Source: Botryllus schlosseri
Taxonomy: Eukaryota
Length of the DNA: 64,000 nt
Direction: 5' to 3'
NCBI GenBank assembly: GCA_051294905.1
Contig: CM119376.1
Coordinates: 14,322,001 to 14,386,000, forward strand
This document shows positions 48,666 to 61,600 of the stretch, piece by piece. The notes under the pieces are model-generated. The model saw nothing but the letters and a program-made list of their open reading frames with translations, did not search any database and was not told where the DNA came from. Within the stretch, counting starts at the first letter, position 1. Every line of letters starts with the position of its first letter. Both the position numbers and the translations under genes were made by a program.

Positions 48666-50089
48666 AAGTTTCGTCGCTCTCCGCGCGAAATAGATATAGT
48701 ACGTTTTCACGAAAGTATCGGCCGTTATAATTTATGTAGCGGGTTTCGTATTTTCTTTCACCTCATTGCCGTAAATCTCTGACCGCAGGACAAAAGGCAA
48801 ATATGTGATAAGCACCTAATGTTTTGTCACACTAGGTCGATATTATTAGGATTTCTGATCTTTCAGCTCGACGGACTTTCGTTCCAGCCTGTTGTAAGAC
48901 ATCTACCTCTTTGAAAGGCGTGATATAAGGTTACCTCTTCGCAATCGCGTCGCCCTGGAGAAGTGGTATTGCGGCTGCGCTTGGATTATGTTTGGGCCAG
49001 ATCGGTCAGTAATCAGTATACTATACATGTGATCAGTCGACTGAATAAAAAAAATGCTACTTCGATAACATTGCGGATGTTTACGCCAAGATACAAGGGG
49101 AGGAGGAACAGAGTCAACCAAAAATCAGATGACGACACACCAGACGAGGAATGAAATTTGAGGTATCCAGCAATGTAGGCCCAAGTCCAAATTCGGGGAC
49201 AGCAACCTTCAAGATACAAAGAGCCATCTGAACCCATTTCTCAACACAAAAAACCTTTAGAGAGTCGCAAACTATGTTTCATTTGTACAATTACTAATTA
49301 AAGTTTCATAACACTGCTAGACTAGACAATTCAATATCAATAAAAGTGTCCCGAATATTATTTTTACGCTGGATGAATTTAAGCATGAGTTATGGAATTC
49401 AGCAAATGAATTTTAGCCCATGACAATGTCCCTCATCATTGTGACCGGCTGGAAGGAGTCAGGAGGTCACGGTATAGGCCTACTGCCGGAATTGAAAATT
49501 GTAGAAATAACCTATCGGTTCGATTGTGAACGCCAAATCACTCATAAAAATTGGAACATATTCTATAGCTTGAATGCGATTCTTCCAAAATCAAAGTACC
49601 AAAATATCGTAAAATCTACGAATCTAATATTTTTATCTGCCCAGGAAGGACCATGTACAATGAAATGAAAGATGGGAGGATGTCGGCACGAACAAGTAGG
49701 GACTCTGAATAACATACCCAACTCGACCTAATGACCTAATGCCCGATGTAACAGTGTTCGATCTTGATCGTTCGGCTGTCTTGTAAATGCTCTTCCTTTC
49801 TCTTTTCCATTCCCCTTCATTGTATTCGTTCTTTCCCGGAACCTTTATCGCAAAGACGCCATAATAACGGTGGCGTGGGGGAGTAGGAGCCCAGATAAGT
49901 CACCGATGCTTCGAAACGTGCCGCTACCGAGAACCCACGAAGTGCTGTTTCAGTCCTGAGTACAAGTTGCTTTGTAAGACTGTCGTCAAACTAGCAACGG
50001 TGAAGCGTTGAGTTGTCAAGTATGGATGCTCGTTTAATCAAGGGCGATGCTGTACGATGAAAGTTCTTGTGTTACCAGATTCTCTTTCT

Positions 50090-51050
50090 TGCAGCCAAAT
50101 GCCGCGCAGTCGGAATTTTGGTTGCACCATTACAAAAACAAGGAATCAGAACTAGGTGTTCATGATGGTTGTCTGCTTTGGGGAGGCGAAGTCATTGTTC
50201 CTTTTCGATCACATGGGGTGTTGAGTAGGGCTGGGCAAAATCGAATACCTGAGTGATTCGATTCTGAATCACGTAAAATGCTTCGAGTCGAGTCGAGTAT
50301 TCGAGTATCACTCATTATGACGTCACAACAGAATATAGTATGTCAAAGTTCAAATGTGCACCTTTTATGCCACCACGAAGAACATAATGCCTGCTATCCA
50401 TCACATTAACGATACTTCGGTATTTTTTCGTCCATACCGATTTCATTGCACTTCTTGACAATGTTGTGGGATGATCATAACTTCAGAAATGTGTTATTTC
50501 CAGTAACGTTCGTAGCTTTGTACTATGCCTCTTATGTTGCGACACGGCCAATCAAGGTTTCAAGGCTTCATCACTGGAAAATAGTATCAGACCAATAATT
50601 CTCGTTAGCAAATTAACTTCAGTTGCGAGGAGCGTATAATTTCAGTACTCGAAAAAATCGTATTTTACTACTCGACTCGAATCATTAAAATTAATACTCG
50701 ATTCAGATTCGAGTACTCGAATCATTGTGCCCAGCCCTCGTGTTGAGTCGGATTCATGATGACCATACTGGAAATTGTGGCATGAAGGAGATTGTACGAT
50801 GTTATATATCGTGGCGTGGATTAGATGCAGATGTTGAAGATTTTTGTGGAAAGCTGCAATCTCTTGTCAACAGCTGAAATCTCAAGGGGTCGAGGTTCAT
50901 ATGAGCTCCTGGTCTTACCACGAGGCTGGTAGAAATGGAAAGCATTCCAGAACCGGTAATATTCGGAGAGAGGTTACGATTCTACCTCACCAGAGTCCAC
51001 CAGAACGAGTGAGGAGAGACAAATTCGTGTTTCTACCACTGGACGCGATA
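50090..51050 (+). pseudogene. Decayed Ty3/Gypsy integrase zinc-binding (HHCC) region split by a MITE
   Basis: GCLLWGGEVIVP...HGVL|SRIHDDHTGNCGMKEIVRCYISWRGLDADVEDF; the frame rejoins after removing the MITE and one TSD. Boundaries approximate. Confidence 0.75.
50226..50739. mobile_element. hAT MITE with GAGTC/GAATC/GAGTA repeats
   Basis: TIR TAGGGCTGGGCA; TSD GTGTTGAG (50218-25, 50740-47). Confidence 0.88.
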
Positions 51051-52389
51051 TTAAAATATTGAATGACGGATGAGACAGATGTCGAAAGTGTGTGGTCAAG
51101 CCGGAGCGATACGCCGTAAGAACGTCGTATCATGTTATGACAATATCTTGATTTTAATTTACGCGTATTATTCACACGGCTGTATGAGGAGCAAGTAAGC
51201 AACGATAGAACATTGACCTCGCATCACGACACATTTACTTGACAAATACGATGTCGCAAACAACTTCAAGCCCGCGCAACCGCAACAATACTATGCTAGT
51301 CTACCCTAGAATAGTATCAAGTAAACAATAACGTTACTGAGAAGAGAAAAATCACTAAGACTAATACATTATTTCGCTCCAAACTTACGAAGAACCGCAT
51401 GCGGCTGCGGAGCCGAGGGTTGACGATTCCCGGTCTAGATATCTCAGTGAAGTTATGCAATGGCCGAAGAATCAAAAATATAAATGTCTAATAAGCTTTC
51501 TTAATTTATCTGCTTTCATCCGCCCCCATTGCTTCGTCTGATCATTTTATCAATATTTCTATGTTCTAGTTGCGTTCCGCAGAAGAGTCGAAGCGTGTGG
51601 CGGAGTGAATGAAACAAGCCATATTAAAACCCACAAAATAACAGATAGGCGTAAATAAACGCACGAGGCCTGATATCTTTCTTCGTTCATTTGTTTCTTG
51701 CTTCGTCTGTTCATTTTATCCACATTTCCATCGGTGCAAAACGTGCCTAGATTGCGATCGGCAGAAAAGGTAGCAAAAGGTAACAGTTAGTGGGCGGAGA
51801 TCTTGAAGCAGTCATGTAAATAGCATGACGAAAATAGTCCTGGCTCACATGCGACGTCTTTTTACGATAACAATAATGAATGGGCGGATATTGATTAATT
51901 TAAAAAGAATAAATAACATTTCCGTACGATACACGATCAAGTATTGAGTCGAATAACCAATGTTTAAATATGGGAATCTCACGATCAGTCATAATCTTTC
52001 CGAATCTTGTTCATGTTAGGGAATAATGATCTTGACCCGCCCACCACTAATCCTAGGCATGACCATGGTGAAAATTTGGAACATGATAATTTTGCTTAAA
52101 TCCCAACACTGTGTAGCTTATACTGAACATTTTTCCAAGTTTGCTTATACCGCTCTATTATGACCTATTTGTTGTATAGATTATAATCTATAATTATCGA
52201 GGAAAGCGATATATCCAATAGTGCCGCATAGATGCTGCGGGATCTTATATCAAATCAATTTGGGGAATGACTTCGGTGGTACATGTTTACGACGATTGTG
52301 CCAGAACAGTTGTGACATTGTATGGCTTCGGAAGCTGATGACGTGTGAGGTGTTTTTTCAGCCTCGCTAGCACTAGAACAATAATGACT

Positions 52390-52513
52390 TCAGACGCCTG
52401 CGCCATTCTCATGCATGAATATTTTTGACGGGTGACAGATATAAAGAGCGCACGACCACTGTAAGCCGTATTAGTTTCAAAGGTCGTGACACAGAGTGTA
52501 TATCACGGGAAAG
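52390..52513 (+). promoter_or_regulatory. Putative core promoter and 5' UTR of ITIH-2
   Basis: atataaagagcgcacgaccactgtaagccgtattagtttca (52439-52479) aligns with the ITIH-1 upstream block; same TATA-to-TTAGT spacing. Confidence 0.5.
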
Positions 52514-52633
52514 ATGGGGCAGACTACATTCATTATCGGCATCGCGTTGATAGTTTCCGTCGACCTCACATGTATCCAAGCTAGATCAGTAAACATGGCC
52601 AGATCATTTGTGGTCAGCGCCGAGAAAAACAAG
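52514..52633 (+). CDS. ITIH-2 exon 1 (signal peptide)
   Basis: MGQTTFIIGIALIVSVDLTCIQARSVNMARSFVVSAEKNK then gtattt donor. Confidence 0.85.
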
Positions 52634-55600
52634 GTATTTATTGTAGCCTTATTTTTTGCATACACAGCGTATAACAGACTGGTATCACATCGATAAGATG
52701 TGGAGGATGGGGCTAGAGAACGCCATGCGGTGAGACGAGGGTGCATTACGACCCGTGCAATTCATACTATATTCTGACATTCACACGGTGGAATCATGCT
52801 CCATTATGACATCTTACGATGATGTGTAAATTACAGTAGTTTCGTGTCCCGAGTCGGCTTTTGTCATTGAGTTATTTCGACAGTAATTTGTATCGACCAA
52901 ACTAATACCAAGTCAAACAACGGTAATAGTTGGAATGCTCTTTGAAATACAGTTCCGACAGAAACGTTCCATTGAGTCCACGATGACGCAAATGCACGTG
53001 AAAAGTGTCGTCAAATCTCGTTTTGCGAAAGTGACCACAACGACAATAATGGAGAATTCCGCGGAAGAAGCAAAAGAACTGACGTTTTCCGTTCGACTAC
53101 CCAAAGCTGCGTTCATTAGCAAATTTACAATGTGAGTGGCCTACTGCTCTGACGAAATAATCACGATAATATAGTAGTACCACTGCGCGTTACTCCTAGA
53201 TTATTTCATTCTGAGTGCTAGCTTGTACATTATGCTGTATTTCAGTATTCAAAATAATCTGTGGCAGGTAACTTACGAAAGATCAGTAACCAGTAAAATT
53301 TACCAGAGGCAATCATTTTCAACAGATCGAGATCAATGGCCTGTACACAATTCGATTTATTTGTTATCACTGATAGGCTTCTTTAGATAATATCTTGAGA
53401 TAAAATACGTGTCTAATATAATCAATAATTCATAACTGTAGTTGAACAATAAGAGAAATATCATACCAATGCAATCGAACTAATTCATGTTATTCAAACG
53501 TAAAATGGCATTAGGGTATTCAAGAGTAAAAAATAAAACGGCTAGCCTCTGGTTCGTCGACGCCAAATAATAATCAATATGCTGGGAGTCACATTTTTGT
53601 TCTGCTCAGTTTCATAACTATTGAGAATGATGACTACCTTCCACCAGCTCACCGGCTCCGCTCATATGCTCGTTTGTTTGGGTGTGTGTGTGTGTGTGTG
53701 TTCATGTGTCATGAGTGGGAAGACTTGTGATTTCAATTAGTTAACACTAAGTAATTGCCGAGGCCGCCATGTTTACTGCCACGGCAACGAGTTGTGTTGC
53801 AACTTCTATTGCGCTTTTGACTGTCGCGGAAGTGAAGAGTGCAACGTACATGTTTTTGACACCAAAGCGATGTTACGTGGCTAGCCATTGGCACACGCAA
53901 ATAACCTCACATTCTACTCAGCGAAAGTCATCATTCAATGGGCCATAGCCGAAATTTGTTGAAGTCACAAACTTTAATACAGTGGTTCTCAAACTTATTT
54001 TAGACACGCCCCCCTTTTTGATAGTGAAAAATTTCGCGCCCCCCTTATCGTCATATCACAAAATCCCACTGGGATGCTAACAACCCAACAGATTGTTTGG
54101 TGGTATGGTCGGTTATAAATGTTGATGAGAAAATAAAAAAATATTAAAATGGGTCTATATAGAGAAAAACACGCGTGCATTGGAGGTAAATCGCGCGGAA
54201 TGCAAAAATTTTTTTCAGGTGACCGCTTCTTCGCTCCCGCCTTCAGATGTTTCACGCCCCCCCCCCAAAAGGGGCGCGCCCCCAGGTTGAGAACCCCTGC
54301 TTTACTAGGACCATTGTCTTGCACATTGCAAGTTGTCCAGCAGTAAGCTGTATAATGTACAATTTTTCATGTGTTTGTAAATTCCATTTCTTCAGGGTCT
54401 TGATTAACTACAGTCCTAGACGGAAATTTCATCAAGGCACCATTCAATAACGTGTAGTGGTATTTTGAAATATTTATTCTCCGGTTCCTGGTGTTGTTCG
54501 GGTTTGTCACGCGGCTAAGTTTTACCAAAGTCGGTTGGATCAAGATGTTTACTTAATCCAGCATATGTTGAGTACTTCCATATGTCGTAAATCAGGCATG
54601 AATGTTGCTAATAGCACATGCCAAATTGTCTACAGCAGAGCTTCGGATGACCGATGTGACGTTACATCGGTTAACTCCCTTTTTCTAGGAACGTAGACGG
54701 TGTCCTATTCGTGGGCAAAGTTAAAGAAAAGGCTTTGGCCAAGCAGGAATATGAAGGAGCTGTGGCGACTGTGAGTTTTTCTTTGCACGTTATGCTCTCT
54801 TTAACTACTGCGGAATATAACGTGGGGCTCGGAAGTTTTTTTTATCGGCATGTCCACGTGTGTATAGACGTGTGAAACGTCACGCCTAGTCAAACCATCT
54901 GGTAAAGTGTTTATCAAACTCTTTACGATCGCCTACTACTCACTTGTGTTCTCATGCACTTGACCACTTGACTCATGAATGACTTATTCTACTTAAATAA
55001 CGGTATTTCGATATTTGTTTTTATTGGTGCTTTTACTATATACCGTAACACCAACTAATAGCAAGAGAGCAGAATTTAATGTGGTATTTGCAACTGTTTA
55101 TTCGACACAAGCTTGTATCCAGGGTATATAAGATATCTTACGATCTCTGTAATATGTTGTGAGTAGTATATAGCTCATAGGACATTGTCCGGACTCAATT
55201 ATACGATTCCAACTTAATGGTCATCCATGGCCAGAACCCTTTCTCACACTCCCATTGAGGCGAGACAGAGCGTGAAAGAGAGATCGGTTTTACTTTCGTC
55301 TGCATCCATCCAAGTGCTTTGACGATGGAGAGGCGATAAAAATGTTTGGTATGGTTATCGAGTCTGCAACCCAATGTTGTCCCCTCGATATATGCTACCC
55401 CGAGAATGCTGAGTGCCTAGCGGTGAATCATATGAAAAGCTCTCGCGTATACACCACTAGTGATACGCGTCTCACAGGTTGAGAACCACTGATTCAGCAG
55501 GAAAAAATGTTACTATATGCTATATAGCAGTGGTTCGTACATTATTTTTACTCATGACCCGTTTCCGCTTTCAATATATTTCGGGACCCTTATAGTTCTG

Positions 55601-58600
55601 TCCGAATTATAGAAAATCAAACTTGCCAATAAACTAGAACGGGGTAATTTGGGGTGGTGGTTTCAAGATCCTGATTCTGTACGTGACTCTTAATTATATA
55701 CATGATAATCAATTCGTATTAGATAGATTTGTAACAGCAATACAAAAGTACTCGGCCATTATTTGCCATATTCCTCTGATGCGACAAGTCATTAATAGGG
55801 CGATTTTTTGACCGAAAAAACTGAAGAATTTGACCAAAAAATCAAAATTTTGATATTTTTTGACTTTAAGAAACTTAATTCTGATCAAATTTTGGACTAA
55901 CGTATGCAAATTAGGTGTTTTCCTACATAACGTTGGAATTGTAATACTTATCTTCATTCCTGGTTGGAACTGTCTGTCCTTACGAAGTAGTCTGGCCTGA
56001 AAAAATTTTTTGACTCTAAAACTGACAAATGTTTACATGAAAAAAGCTTTATTTTAACGAAATTTGGCTCAATGAAGAATTCCAGTAGTTACATCACGTA
56101 TTATGTTAGAAATAATTAAAATTTGTTGTACGAAGTAGTTTGGCCTGAAAAAACTTTTTTGACTCTAAAACTGACAAACTTTTACATGAAAAAAAAACTA
56201 TATTTTAACGAAATTTGGCCCTATGAAGAATTCCAGTAGTTACATCACGTATTATGGTAAAAATATTTAAAATTTGTTGTAGTACAACGAAAGATACTTT
56301 CCTACATTTTCGGGTAGAAAGTGTCTGTCCTTACTAAGTAGCTTGTCAAGAATGGAGAAAGAACGTTCAACAGCAGCAGTTGTAGGCTGACAACACTGAA
56401 GTTGTGCGTACACTCCTGGTGACACGCCATGTTGCTTCAGAAGTACACAAAGAGACGCTTAGGAGTACAGAACTTCATGACACATTTGAATAAAATATTC
56501 ATTTTATTCCCGAAGCTTTTCGGCTGACCCTCGTCGGGGGAATATCGTCAGCAATAATGCGAGGATTCGAATAACTATGTTCAGCAACAATATATATCGC
56601 TAATTATGACGTCACACAGAAAATATACAAAGTTAGGAAAACGAGAGAACTGAAGCGTTGGCATGGAGATAGCGAAGCAAAACAAGTTAATGCGCGATTT
56701 TCAAATGATACACAAATTCTTTCTGTTGGCATAGACTAGGTTTGCTCATAGTGATGATGGTGGACTCAAGAACAGACAAATGAAATAAATTGCGACCCTT
56801 AGCCAATATAGAGAACATGTCCTCGTGATAGTTAGCAGCACACGTATGATTTTCTAGTAAATGTTTGCCTATAGAAGATTTTTGACCCATGGCCTGGTTA
56901 TGTTCAAGAACAAGCGGATTGTTAAGCTGCGAATTTGAGATATAAGATTTGACAGATGGTGGAATGTGTTCTTTGATACGGTCCTGTAACCGTTTGGAAG
57001 TTCTCCCTACGTACCGACAATCGCAGTGGCACTTGAATTCATAAATTACGTTGCTTTGTTTTATAGCCGGGAGAACGTCCTTTCGGGTTGCTGGAAACAT
57101 TGGTATCGTGGTAAAAACAACATTGGTTTTCACCGCTGGATAACAGCGGTAGACTGCTGAAGTTATCTGTGTCTCAAATCGATAAGAAACCGGGCCAATC
57201 CAAGGAAGATGAATGTACACATCCCTATTTTCACGAGAAATTACTTCGGGGGTTTCTTCTGGTTTGGTATCATTCCAATGACTTAACTTTTTAGTTATTG
57301 TCCGCTTAATAACATACTCTGGGTATCCGTTGTCAATGAAAATTTTACGGATGTAGTCAAGTTCATTATTCAATTTGACCTCGGAACAAATCATCAACGC
57401 CCGGTGAACCAAGGTGCCGATTAAATTGATTTTACGACTTTTTGGGCTGAAAGAGCTCCATCGAAGGTAATGACCCGAAAATGTGGGCTTCCTATAAACG
57501 GAGGTAAGGAATTTTCCATCCCGTTTCTCCACAAGAACGTCAAGGAATGCCAGGCGATTGTTAATTTCTTTTTCCGACGTGAATTGCAATGCTGGATGTA
57601 GTTTGTTTAAATTTCCCAGGAAAGTATCACAGTCAGATTCATTATCGAATATCACGAACGTGTCATCGACATAGCGATGGTATGATAAGGGCGGTTTAAT
57701 AGAAGAAGAGAAGAGCTTATCTTCATGAAATCCTACAAATATATTGGCTAGAATAGGACCCAATGGTGATCCCATTGCTACACCATCAGATTGTCGGAAC
57801 ATGATATTGTTGAAACTAAATTCAACAGAACACACAGCGTTTCTCATCAATTCCATGAAGGTAGCTCTCGAGAAAGGAGGGGGTATTAGCTTACCGTTAT
57901 ATAGAGCATCAGCGCAAATATTCAACGTCTCATTTAGTGGTACGTTGGTGAAAAGGCTCTTTATGTCGAATGAGCCTAGGAAATTATCGCGCGCGGATAG
58001 CTGTGAGCGACGCATCTCATCAGCGAAGGTAAAAGAATCGCGTACGCAATGCGACCCGTAAAGTTCGCGAACAGGTTCCAGTATGTTGATCAACCACTTC
58101 GCCAACTTCTGTTGCATTGACCCAGTCATGCTGAGTATCGGTCTGAGTGGCACATCGTCTTTATGCGTCTTCGGTAATCCATACATACGCGGTCTTTGGG
58201 AGCCAACAGGCCTGATGGAGTCATATTCGTCAGTGGATATTACGTCATCGTTTTTCAAGATTCGAAGGCGTCGTTGTAGTCGTCTTTCAGACTTTGCAGT
58301 ATTGTCGTATTCCGAGACCGGGCCAAGTACAACGAATTTGGATTTATCCTCGAGAATAGTCATCATCTTTGCAATGTAATCTTTCTTGTTTAAAATTACC
58401 ACGCCGGTACCTTTATCTGGTTTCGTTATGTGAATATCGGGGTTGCTTCGCAGAGATTTAATGGCACGGAAGCATTCCTTTGTCATCAAGAAATCCGCTT
58501 TGTCAACTGGACATCCACAATACGAATGTGCCAAGTCCGTAAGTCTTGCTTTGAAAGCTGGCACTTCATCGATTGATTTTGCTTCACGGTGCTTCAATTG

Positions 58601-61600
58601 AGCTAATAGAATCTCAAATTCGGCGAAAACCTCCTCACTCTTGACATTAATTGGTGGAATACAGAAATTTAACCCATGCGATAGAGCAAACTTTTCGTTC
58701 GAGGACAGTGCGTAGTCCGATAAGTTGATGATGTTCTTCTCATCGGGACAAGCGACACTTCCGAAGCGGTCAATGACTAGCCGGTTCAAATTTCGTTCGT
58801 TTTTACATAAATTAATATCCTCTTTGATTACGTCAATTGATGCGAGGTATCGGCAAAATCGAACTAGGTCAAAGAATGATAAGAATCGCGCTACCTGTCT
58901 TTGCTGAGTGCGGCAGTCACGACGAAGTTTCAATACCATAGATTCTTTCTTCCCGATTTCATCAAATAAAAACGCGCGCTCCATGTTGGGATTGAGGCGG
59001 GCACGAGACTTTTCTATCCTTGCTCTCAAGAATGCAGGCAACGTCTTCTTAGCGATACAAGCCTTCAAAAAGGCTATTGTTGATAACGTAGTTCTCAAAC
59101 GCCCGCGAGTCTTTATCAGCGTATTAATGATGTTTCGTGCCATTAAATCTCTGCGAAGCAACCCCGATATTCACATAACGAAACCAGATAAAGGTACCGG
59201 CGTGGTAATTTTAAACAAGAAAGATTACATTGCAAAGATGATGACTATTCTCGAGGATAAATCCAAATTCGTTGTACTTGGCCCGGTCTCGGAATACGAC
59301 AATACTGCAAAGTCTGAAAGACGACTACAACGACGCCTTCGAATCTTGAAAAACGATGACGTAATATCCACTGACGAATATGACTCCATCAGGCCTGTTG
59401 GCTCCCAAAGACCGCGTATGTATGGATTACCGAAGACGCATAAAGACGATGTGCCACTCAGACCGATACTCAGCATGACTGGGTCAATGCAACAGAAGTT
59501 GGCGAAGTGGTTGATCAACATACTGGAACCTGTTCGCGAACTTTACGGGTCGCATTGCGTACGCGATTCTTTTACCTTCGCTGATGAGATGCGTCGCTCA
59601 CAGCTATCCGCGCGCGATAATTTCCTAGGCTCATTCGACATAAAGAGCCTTTTCACCAACGTACCACTAAATGAGACGTTGAATATTTGCGCTGATGCTC
59701 TATATAACGGTAAGCTAATACCCCCTCCTTTCTCGAGAGCTACCTTCATGGAATTGATGAGAAACGCTGTGTGTTCTGTTGAATTTAGTTTCAACAATAT
59801 CATGTTCCGACAATCTGATGGTGTAGCAATGGGATCACCATTGGGTCCTATTCTAGCCAATATATTTGTAGGATTTCATGAAGATAAGCTCTTCTCTTCT
59901 TCTATTAAACCGCCCTTATCATACCATCGCTATGTCGATGACACGTTCGTGATATTCGATAATGAATCTGACTGTGATACTTTCCTGGGAAATTTAAACA
60001 AACTACATCCAGCATTGCAATTCACGTCGGAAAAAGAAATTAACAATCGCCTGGCATTCCTTGACGTTCTTGTGGAGAAACGGGATGGAAAATTCCTTAC
60101 CTCCGTTTATAGGAAGCCCACATTTTCGGGTCATTACCTTCGATGGAGCTCTTTCAGCCCAAAAAGTCGTAAAATCAATTTAATCGGCACCTTGGTTCAC
60201 CGGGCGTTGATGATTTGTTCCGAGGTCAAATTGAATAATGAACTTGACTACATCCGTAAAATTTTCATTGACAACGGATACCCAGAGTATGTTATTAAGC
60301 GGACAATAACTAAAAAGTTAAGTCATTGGAATGATACCAAACCAGAAGAAACCCCCGAAGTAATTTCTCGTGAAAATAGGGATGTGTACATTCATCTTCC
60401 TTGGATTGGCCCGGTTTCTTATCGATTTGAGACACAGATAACTTCAGCAGTCTACCGCTGTTATCCAGCGGTGAAAACCAATGTTGTTTTTACCACGATA
60501 CCAATGTTTCCTGCAACCCGAAAGGACGTTCTCCCGGCTATAAAACAAAGCAACGTAATTTATGAATTCAAGTGCCACTGCGATTGTCGGTACGTAGGGA
60601 GAACTTCCAAACGGTTACATGACCGTATCAAAGAACACATTCCACCATCTGTCAAATCTTATATCTCAAATTCGCAGCTTAACAATCCGCTTGTTCTTGA
60701 ACATAACCAGGCCATGGGTCAAAAATCTTCTATAGGCAAACATTTACTAGAAAATCATACGTGTGCTGCTAACTATCACGAGGACATGTTCTCTATATTG
60801 GCTAAGGGTCGCAATTTATTTCATTTGTCTGTTCTTGAGTCCACCATCATCACTATGAGCAAACCTAGTCTATGCCAACAGAAAGAATTTGTGTATCATT
60901 TGAAAATCGCGCATTAACTTGTTTTGCTTCGCTATCTCCATGCCAACGCTTCAGTTCTCTCGTTTTCCTAACTTTGTATATTTTCTGTGTGACGTCATAA
61001 TTAGCGATATATATTGTTGCTGAACATAGTTATTCGAATCCTCGCATTATTGCTGACGATATTCCCCCGACGAGGGTCAGCCGAAAAGCTTCGGGAATAA
61101 AATGAATATTTTATTCAAATGTGTCATGAAGTTCTGTACTCCTAAGCGTCTCTTTGTGTACTTCCGGCAAAGGTACAGCGATCTGCAATTAAACATGTTG
61201 CTTCATTCTGACAATGATGTCTATTACATCACGATTTTTCGTCATGCGCTTCTTGATATCAGAACCATGCAATGTCCACACAGTATTGCTTCAGTTAGGA
61301 TACGTTAAGCATAACACTATCGTATGTTAACATTCAATAATAACACCACGTCAACCTATTTGTTTCATTCGAATGTTTATAATTCACAATGAGCAGACCA
61401 AGGGACCGTCTACAACGGTAGGCCTCTAAAGTAGGCTACAAGCTGTAAAATGTCAAATGATAAGTTTACCGACAGTACAAAATCTGCGATACAAACGAAA
61501 TTCAGGTTGCAAAATAATATTGATTTTGTTAATAATTTCGACATTTTTTGACCTAACACTACAATTTTGACATAATTTTGACTTATTTTGACGTGTCAAA

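Larger units (their letters stand above)
56440..61193. mobile_element. Penelope-like retroelement, head-to-head inverted composite
   Basis: Arms 56440-58468 and 59136-61164 are reverse complements (2029 bp; I saw two substitutions), with a 667-bp unique spacer. The whole unit is flanked by the direct repeat CATGTTGCTTCA (56428-56439, 61194-61205). Confidence 0.95.

Noticed and set aside
49891-49920. CAGATAAG...CGAAACGT, resembling a decayed hammerhead
   Set aside because: Core is non-canonical and neither stem I nor stem II pairs convincingly.
58908-59135. N-terminal extension of the 669-aa plus ORF
   Set aside because: It is the antisense strand of the minus copy's N-terminal domain; only 59136 onward is real Penelope coding sequence.
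57744-59860. Mirror-image 98- and 105-aa ORFs
   Set aside because: Antisense shadows of the RT ORF, duplicated by the palindrome.
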